Shown piece after piece: positions 58,474 to 64,000 of a stretch of 64,000 bases of DNA. Position numbers and translations under genes: made by a program. A model generated the notes under the pieces. The model was not told the origin of the DNA and made no database searches. It saw nothing but the letters and a program-made list of their open reading frames with translations. The first letter of the stretch is position 1; each line of letters opens with the position of its first letter. The DNA comes from Patescibacteria group bacterium (GTDB taxonomy: Bacteria; Patescibacteriota; Patescibacteriia; SG8-24): contig JBAYFM010000005.1 in NCBI GenBank assembly GCA_041667185.1, positions 9,285 through 73,284 on the forward strand. Reading direction: 5' to 3'.

Positions 58474-59523
58474 CTAGAAGAAACCGTGATCGACCATGGC
58501 AATGACCAGGCCGCTCACGGCCGAGACGCCGGCGATGATCCAGAACCGCATGACCACTTTGGGTTCGGTCCAGCCGATGGCCTCGAAATGATGATGGATG
58601 GGAGTGGAGAGAAAGACTTTCTTGTGGCGGATCTTCTTCGAGATCATCTGGATGATGACGGAGACGGACTCGACCACGAAGACCAGGCCGATGACCGGCA
58701 GGAGCAGCGCTGAATTCGTGAGCATGGCCACGACGCCGAGCGTGATACCGAGCGCCATGGCGCCGGTGTCGCCCATGAAGAAGCGCGCCGGATTGATATT
58801 GAACCATAGGAAAGCCAGCAGGCCGCCGGCGATGACGCCGCAAAAAGTGGCGAGATCGGTCTTGCCCTGCAGGAAAGCGATGGCGCCGAAAGCCGCGTAA
58901 CTCGAAAGCAGCACGCCGCCGGCCAGGCCGTCGAGGCCGTCGGTCTCATTGACCGAGAACGACGTGGCCACGAGCACCAGGATGAAGAACGGGATGTACC
59001 ACCAGCCGATGTTGAAGTCGCCGACGAACGGCACGCGCAGCAGATCCCACTCCAGCTTGTAATAGAACCACCAGGCGCCAACGGCGGCGATGGCGGTGTA
59101 GAGCAGCAGCCGATGCCGCATCCGGAGTCCGCCGCCGTGCGGCCCGATGCGCCGGACGTTATAATAATCGTCCACGAGCCCGACGAGCGCCGAAGCCAGG
59201 AGCGCGCCGACCGGCAGCAGCGTCTGTTCGCGCGAGAAGAAATCCAGCCGCGCCAGCATCGGCGAACCGGTGAGCTGCGCGCCGAAATGGAAGACCAGCA
59301 TGACCGCGCACGTGGTCGCCCAGATCAGGATGCCGCCCATGGTCGGCGTCCCCCGCTTGGCCTCGTGCAACTTGGCGAAAATGGGAGCCGAACCGTCGTC
59401 ACGGATCTGCTTGCCCAGTTTGTATCTGTATAAAAAATGGGTCAGAAGCGGCGTCCAGAGCACGGCGACGATGAATGACAACGAAGACAGCAGGAAGACC
59501 TTGATGACGCTGAAAAGTAGCAT
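58474..59523 (-). CDS. mraY: Phospho-N-acetylmuramoyl-pentapeptide transferase
   Basis: GTPTMGG, DD, NETDGLDGL, FMGDTG and PIHHHFE. Confidence 0.96.
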   Translation of the reverse strand: MLLFSVIKVFLLSSLSFIVAVLWTPLLTHFLYRYKLGKQIRDDGSAPIFAKLHEAKRGTPTMGGILIWATTCAVMLVFHFGAQLTGSPMLARLDFFSREQTLLPVGALLASALVGLVDDYYNVRRIGPHGGGLRMRHRLLLYTAIAAVGAWWFYYKLEWDLLRVPFVGDFNIGWWYIPFFILVLVATSFSVNETDGLDGLAGGVLLSSYAAFGAIAFLQGKTDLATFCGVIAGGLLAFLWFNINPARFFMGDTGAMALGITLGVVAMLTNSALLLPVIGLVFVVESVSVIIQMISKKIRHKKVFLSTPIHHHFEAIGWTEPKVVMRFWIIAGVSAVSGLVIAMVDHGFF

Positions 59524-59545
59524 AGGGGCGAACAACCGAAGCGGA

Positions 59546-59926
59546 TCAACCGTTGATCCTGATGACTAAAAACGACGCGGCCGCGAGCATGGCTTCGATG
59601 GCGAGCGTGGCCGTCCAGATCAAGTGGCCATACAGACGGTGCTTCTTGGCCAGTATACCCGAGAACAGAGCGTTGCTGAAGAAAACCATGACGCCCAGGC
59701 CCGGAAAGATGAAAATCTTCCACCACTCCGCCACCCAGTCAACGCCGAGCTCGGCGGTGTAATGCAGGCGCAGGAAATCCAGCTGGCCGAAACGCGGCAG
59801 CAAAAAAACGAGGACCAGGACGAAATTGACGGCCAGCAAAATACCCGCGGCCGCGGTTAACGCCAAACCGCTCCGGCCATTGATTCCGAACGCCACGCCG
59901 AGGTTGTTTGTATCGTTCCGAGGCAT
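59546..59926 (-). CDS. Small 3-TM membrane protein
   Basis: LHYTAELGVDW motif and three hydrophobic segments. Confidence 0.7.
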   Translation of the reverse strand: MPRNDTNNLGVAFGINGRSGLALTAAAGILLAVNFVLVLVFLLPRFGQLDFLRLHYTAELGVDWVAEWWKIFIFPGLGVMVFFSNALFSGILAKKHRLYGHLIWTATLAIEAMLAAASFLVIRING

Positions 59927-60061
59927 AAGTTAAGCAGCCCAAGAGTATCATCGCCTGAAAGACCAGACAAGGGCGACAGTCTGCGCGGGAGGAGCCAAAA
60001 CATCGCCCTCTTAAATATGTATACAGCCAGACCATCGATATGGTAAAATATCCATATCCCT

Positions 60062-61807
60062 ATGCTTAATAATGAGTTATTAAAGAAGATCTTGCGGGAG
60101 ACCGGGACTTTCGACGCCCGGGGCCTCGCCGACCTTCTTTCCGAAGCGAAAACAGCCGATCCCGACATGCCGTTCGAAACCTTCCTGCTGAAGGTCAAAA
60201 AGATGCCGGAAGAGATGCTTTACCGCATCGCCGCGCAATATTACAAACTGCCGTTCATCAACCTGCGCGACATTCCCATCCGGCAGGACATCCTTTTCCT
60301 GATCCCCGAACCGATCGCCATCTCCCACAAGATCGTCGCTTTCGAAAAGACCGCCGACGAACTGCGCGTCGCCACGCTCGAACCGACCGACCTGCAGACT
60401 TTCGAATTCCTGCGCCGCAAAGCCAATCTGCGGATCAAAGTCTATTTCACCACGCCCTCGTCCATCGACGAGTCGATGAAACAGTACCGCCAGAGCCTCA
60501 GCGCCGAACTCGGCGCGCTCACCCAGGTCCCGAAAAAGGAAGGCGAGGGATCGTCGGTGGAAGAAGAGAAAGAACTTTCCAAACTCGCCGAAGACATCCC
60601 GATCGTGCGCGTCGTCGATTCCATCCTCGAACATGCGATCCTCGAAGGCGCTTCCGACATCCACATCGAACCGACCGAAACCGAGGTCGTGGTCCGCTTC
60701 CGCGTCGACGGCGTGCTCCGGCCGGTCATGACCTTCCCGCGGCTCGTCGCCTCCGGCATCGTGGCCCGCATCAAGATCCTCTCGAACCTGAAACTCGACG
60801 AACACCGCCTGCCGCAGGACGGTCGCTTCAAGATCGAAGGCAAGAGCTACAAGTTCTCGATGCGCGTCTCGATCCTGCCGGTCATCGACGGCGAGAAGAT
60901 CGTCATGCGCCTCCTGGCCGAGACCGCGACCGCGCTCACGCTCGACCAGCTCGGCTTCCAACCCAAGGCCAAAGCGATCGTCGCGCGCAACATCAAGAAG
61001 CCGCACGGCATCATCTTCGTCACCGGCCCGACCGGTTCGGGCAAATCCACGACGCTCTACTCGATCCTGGGCATCCTCAACACGCCGAAGGTCAACATCT
61101 CCACCATCGAAGACCCGGTCGAGTACCGCATGGCCGGCGTGAACCAGAGCCAGGTCAACCCGCGCATCGGCTTCACTTTCGCCGGCGGCCTGCGCGCTCT
61201 CCTGCGCCAGGACCCGAACGTCATCATGGTCGGCGAGGTCCGCGACGAAGAGACCGCCAGCATCGCCGTCCAGGCCGCCATGACCGGCCACCTCGTGCTC
61301 GGCACCCTCCACACGAATGACGCCGCCACCGCTCTCCCCCGTCTCATCGACATGCACGTCCCGGCCTTTCTCATCGGCTTCACCGCCAACATGATCGTCG
61401 GCCAACGGCTCGTCCGCAAGATCTGTCCCGGCTGCGTCCGCTCCTACAAGATGCCGCCCCACGCCATCGAGCAGCTGCGCGAGCAGATCAAGATCGACTC
61501 CATCTGGAAAACGCTGCAGCGCGAAGAGGTCATCGGCAAAGACCAGAAGATCGAAGACACGACATTCTGGCGCGGTTCGGGTTGCGCCCAGTGCGGCCAC
61601 GAGGGCTATAAAGGACGCCTCGGCATCTACGAGGTTCTCGAGGTCACCACAGACATCGCCAAACTCATCGGCGCCTCGGCGAGCGCCGACGAGATCCTGA
61701 CCGCGGCCGTCAAAGGCGGCATGATCAGCATGATCGAGGACGGTTTCATGAAGGCGGTCAAAGCCATGACCACGATCGAGGAAATCCTCCGCGTAACCAA
61801 AGACTAG
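60062..61807 (+). CDS. pilB: Type IV pilus assembly ATPase (GspE/PilB)
   Basis: ASDIHIEP, RLPQDGR, GPTGSGKSTTLY, LRQDPNVIMVGEVRD and a tetracysteine motif. Confidence 0.93.
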   Translation: MLNNELLKKILRETGTFDARGLADLLSEAKTADPDMPFETFLLKVKKMPEEMLYRIAAQYYKLPFINLRDIPIRQDILFLIPEPIAISHKIVAFEKTADELRVATLEPTDLQTFEFLRRKANLRIKVYFTTPSSIDESMKQYRQSLSAELGALTQVPKKEGEGSSVEEEKELSKLAEDIPIVRVVDSILEHAILEGASDIHIEPTETEVVVRFRVDGVLRPVMTFPRLVASGIVARIKILSNLKLDEHRLPQDGRFKIEGKSYKFSMRVSILPVIDGEKIVMRLLAETATALTLDQLGFQPKAKAIVARNIKKPHGIIFVTGPTGSGKSTTLYSILGILNTPKVNISTIEDPVEYRMAGVNQSQVNPRIGFTFAGGLRALLRQDPNVIMVGEVRDEETASIAVQAAMTGHLVLGTLHTNDAATALPRLIDMHVPAFLIGFTANMIVGQRLVRKICPGCVRSYKMPPHAIEQLREQIKIDSIWKTLQREEVIGKDQKIEDTTFWRGSGCAQCGHEGYKGRLGIYEVLEVTTDIAKLIGASASADEILTAAVKGGMISMIEDGFMKAVKAMTTIEEILRVTKD

Positions 61808-61808
61808 T

Positions 61809-62903
61809 GTGCCAAGCCTCTCCGAACGAGTGGACCAGTTCCTGCTCAAGCACCAATCCATCCCGCTGACCCAGAAGGTGTTCTTCACCGAAAACTTGCG
61901 GGTCATGATCAAGGCCGGCCTGTCCATGACCGAATCCCTGAACACGCTGGCGCTCCAGGCCGAATCCAAATTCTTCCAGAAGATCATTCGCCTCATCAAA
62001 GACGAAGTGGAGGGCGGCAAACTGATGTCCGCGGGGTTGGCGAAATTCCCCGGCGTCTTCCCGCCGGTCTTCGTCAGCATGATCCAGATCGGCGAGGTCT
62101 CCGGCACGCTCGACGAAGTGCTGAACGAACTCACCATGCAGATGAAGAAGGATTATAACCTACGCTCCAAGGTCAAGGGCGCTATGACCTACCCGATCGT
62201 CATCCTCGTCGCCATGTCGGGCATCACCGGCGGCCTCCTGGTCTTCGTGCTACCGAAACTCATCGGCATCTTCAAGGAATTCGGCGACGTCCAGCTCCCG
62301 CTCGCCACGCGCATCCTCATCTGGATCAGCGATTTCACGCAGGTCAACGGCCTCTGGGTGCTGATCGGCTTCATCGCCCTGGCGATCTCGTTCGTCGTCT
62401 TCGCGCGGACCACCCAGGGACGCTCGCTCATCCACATGATGATCATCTCCATGCCGATCATCGGACCGATCGCCAAAAAAGTTAATCTGGCCCGCTTCTC
62501 CCGCACCCTCTCAGGCCTGCTCAAGACCGACATCCCGGTCGTCCAGTCGCTCACCGTCACTTCGGACGTGCTCGGCAATGTCCATTACCGGGCGTCGCTC
62601 CTGGAAGCGGCCGAACACATCAAGACCGGCGAAACCATTTCCCGCAGCCTCAGCGCCCACCCCAAACTCTACCCGCCGCTCGTCATCCAGATGATCATGG
62701 TCGGCGAACGCTCCGGCAACGTCGACTCGCTCCTGGCCGAGATCGCCGAATTCTACGAGCAGCAGGTCGACAACATCCTGAACAACCTGTCGTCCATCAT
62801 CGAACCGATCCTCATCCTGATGCTCGGCGGCATGGTCGGCGGTATCGCTCTCGCCGTGATCACGCCGATGTACTCGCTGACCCAGGCCGTGGCCGAACAA
62901 TAA
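61809..62903 (+). CDS. pilC: Type IV pilus platform protein (GspF/PilC)
   Basis: GEVSGTL, AMTYP, LPLATR, GERSG and IEP motifs. Confidence 0.92.
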   Translation: MPSLSERVDQFLLKHQSIPLTQKVFFTENLRVMIKAGLSMTESLNTLALQAESKFFQKIIRLIKDEVEGGKLMSAGLAKFPGVFPPVFVSMIQIGEVSGTLDEVLNELTMQMKKDYNLRSKVKGAMTYPIVILVAMSGITGGLLVFVLPKLIGIFKEFGDVQLPLATRILIWISDFTQVNGLWVLIGFIALAISFVVFARTTQGRSLIHMMIISMPIIGPIAKKVNLARFSRTLSGLLKTDIPVVQSLTVTSDVLGNVHYRASLLEAAEHIKTGETISRSLSAHPKLYPPLVIQMIMVGERSGNVDSLLAEIAEFYEQQVDNILNNLSSIIEPILILMLGGMVGGIALAVITPMYSLTQAVAEQ

Positions 62904-62915
62904 AACGACAGTCTC

Positions 62916-63884
62916 ATGAAACTCTATCGACTCCCCGGCCGCTCCCGGCTCGCCGGGTTCACTCTGGCAGAGGTCCTGATCACGATCATGGTCGTGGCCG
63001 TGCTTTTGACGGTCTACACGACCATGCTTACCGGCTCGTTCTTTTTGCGCCGGTCGCAATACAACACCCAAGCCGCCAACTTCATCCAGGAAGAGATCGA
63101 CACCCTGCGCGTCCTGCCGTACGCCGAACTGCTGACGCGGACCAACGGCAATTTCCTCGGCGTGGCCCTGCAGCGCGGCGCCTGGAAAGTCGTGGACGAC
63201 GGCGGACGACGGCTGGCCCTCACGACCGCGGCTCCGGCGCTGGGAGATGAGACCGGCCTCGCGCTCGTCCCAGGCAATTATCGCGACGACTTCACGTTCA
63301 GCGCCCAGATCAAGGTACCGACGGCGGCCGCGAGCGGCGGCAGCGCCGGGATCGCTTTCCGCTACCGCGACGCGGAGAATCATTACCGGTTCCGTTTCAG
63401 TTACACCACCCCGACCGGACTCGCGCTCGACAAGGTCTATCACGGCGTCGCCACGACCGTCTGGTCCTCAGCCAAAGCTTTCAGCAAAGATACCTGGTAC
63501 ACCCTGCAGGTCAGCGCCGCGGGCAATATCATCACCGTGACCCAGGGAGCCACGACGACAACCTATACCGACGCGAGCAACCCGCTGCTCACAGGCGATC
63601 TGGCGCTGATCTCCCGGAGCGGAGCCATCGCGAGCTATGACGATGTTTCCGTGACCGAGAACGCCGCCACGACCGTCTGGAACTTCAACGCTGACGCCCT
63701 GAATCTCCTGCCCAAGGCCTGGCAGCGCCTGAGCTATGCCGACCTGACCGGCGGCACCGGCACACTGACCATCGAGGACTACCTGGGCGAAACCAGCATG
63801 AAAAAAGCGACCGTAACGATCTCCTGGAGCGACGCCGGCAAAACGCGGCATGCCACCGGCTCAACCCTGATCGGCAGCAACTGA
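62916..63884 (+). CDS. Minor pilin with inserted lectin/DUF1080-like beta-sandwich domain
   Basis: AGFTLAEVLI prepilin signal; GIAFRY.D.ENHY, WYTLQV and YDDVSV pattern. Confidence 0.8.
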   Translation: MKLYRLPGRSRLAGFTLAEVLITIMVVAVLLTVYTTMLTGSFFLRRSQYNTQAANFIQEEIDTLRVLPYAELLTRTNGNFLGVALQRGAWKVVDDGGRRLALTTAAPALGDETGLALVPGNYRDDFTFSAQIKVPTAAASGGSAGIAFRYRDAENHYRFRFSYTTPTGLALDKVYHGVATTVWSSAKAFSKDTWYTLQVSAAGNIITVTQGATTTTYTDASNPLLTGDLALISRSGAIASYDDVSVTENAATTVWNFNADALNLLPKAWQRLSYADLTGGTGTLTIEDYLGETSMKKATVTISWSDAGKTRHATGSTLIGSN

Positions 63885-63885
63885 T

Positions 63886-64000
63886 ATGCGCGCTTACTCC
63901 CCCCTCCGGCCGCGGCGGTCAGCCGGCGTCTCTCTCATGGAGACGATCGTGGTCGTCGGCGTCATGGCGCTCATCATGCTGATCATCTCGCAGATCTTCG
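63886..64000 (+). CDS. Prepilin-type protein, 3'-truncated by the window edge
   Basis: MRAYSPLRPRRSAG-VSLMETIVVVGVMALIML class III signal. Confidence 0.8.
   Translation, partial: MRAYSPLRPRRSAGVSLMETIVVVGVMALIMLIISQIF

Noticed and set aside
56500-58713. 737-aa plus-strand ORF, and similar long ORFs at 60080-62137, 39236-41098 and 54028-55740
   Set aside because: These are antisense shadows of clearly identifiable genes, expected from high-GC codon bias, and have no recognisable motifs.

Overview
A GC-rich bacterial chromosome segment. The gene inventory suggests Patescibacteria (CPR/Parcubacteria-like), which is an inference and not a database assignment: a partial dcw cluster, alpha2-type GlyRS, many type IV pilus/pilin genes, translin, many orphan secreted proteins and almost no biosynthesis genes. 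Housekeeping genes include uppS, arfB, rpmG, tpiA, glyS, frr, holB, murD, murG, ftsW, lon, mraY, pilB and pilC, plus five tRNA genes (Trp-CCA, Thr-TGT, Tyr-GTA, Thr-GGT, Lys-TTT). No CRISPR array, rRNA, integrase or transposase was seen. The most unusual signals are non-coding. (1) Duplicated 5' fragments of two different tRNA genes carry a homologous, covarying, multi-hairpin 110-127 bp insert at the same D-loop GTA site; at tRNA-Lys it forms a constant-scaffold plus variable-loop tandem. (2) Other tRNA-linked repeats sit at the tRNA 3' ends. (3) A ~180-nt structured RNA candidate with its own promoter lies between frr and glyS. (4) Seven copies of an octamer-built fold-back element sit just upstream of promoters and bracket accessory genes. 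Protein-level highlights are a compact FMN-binding/ApbE/RnfD-like flavinylation cluster, a translin/TRAX-like RNase and a tandem divergent GGDEF protein.
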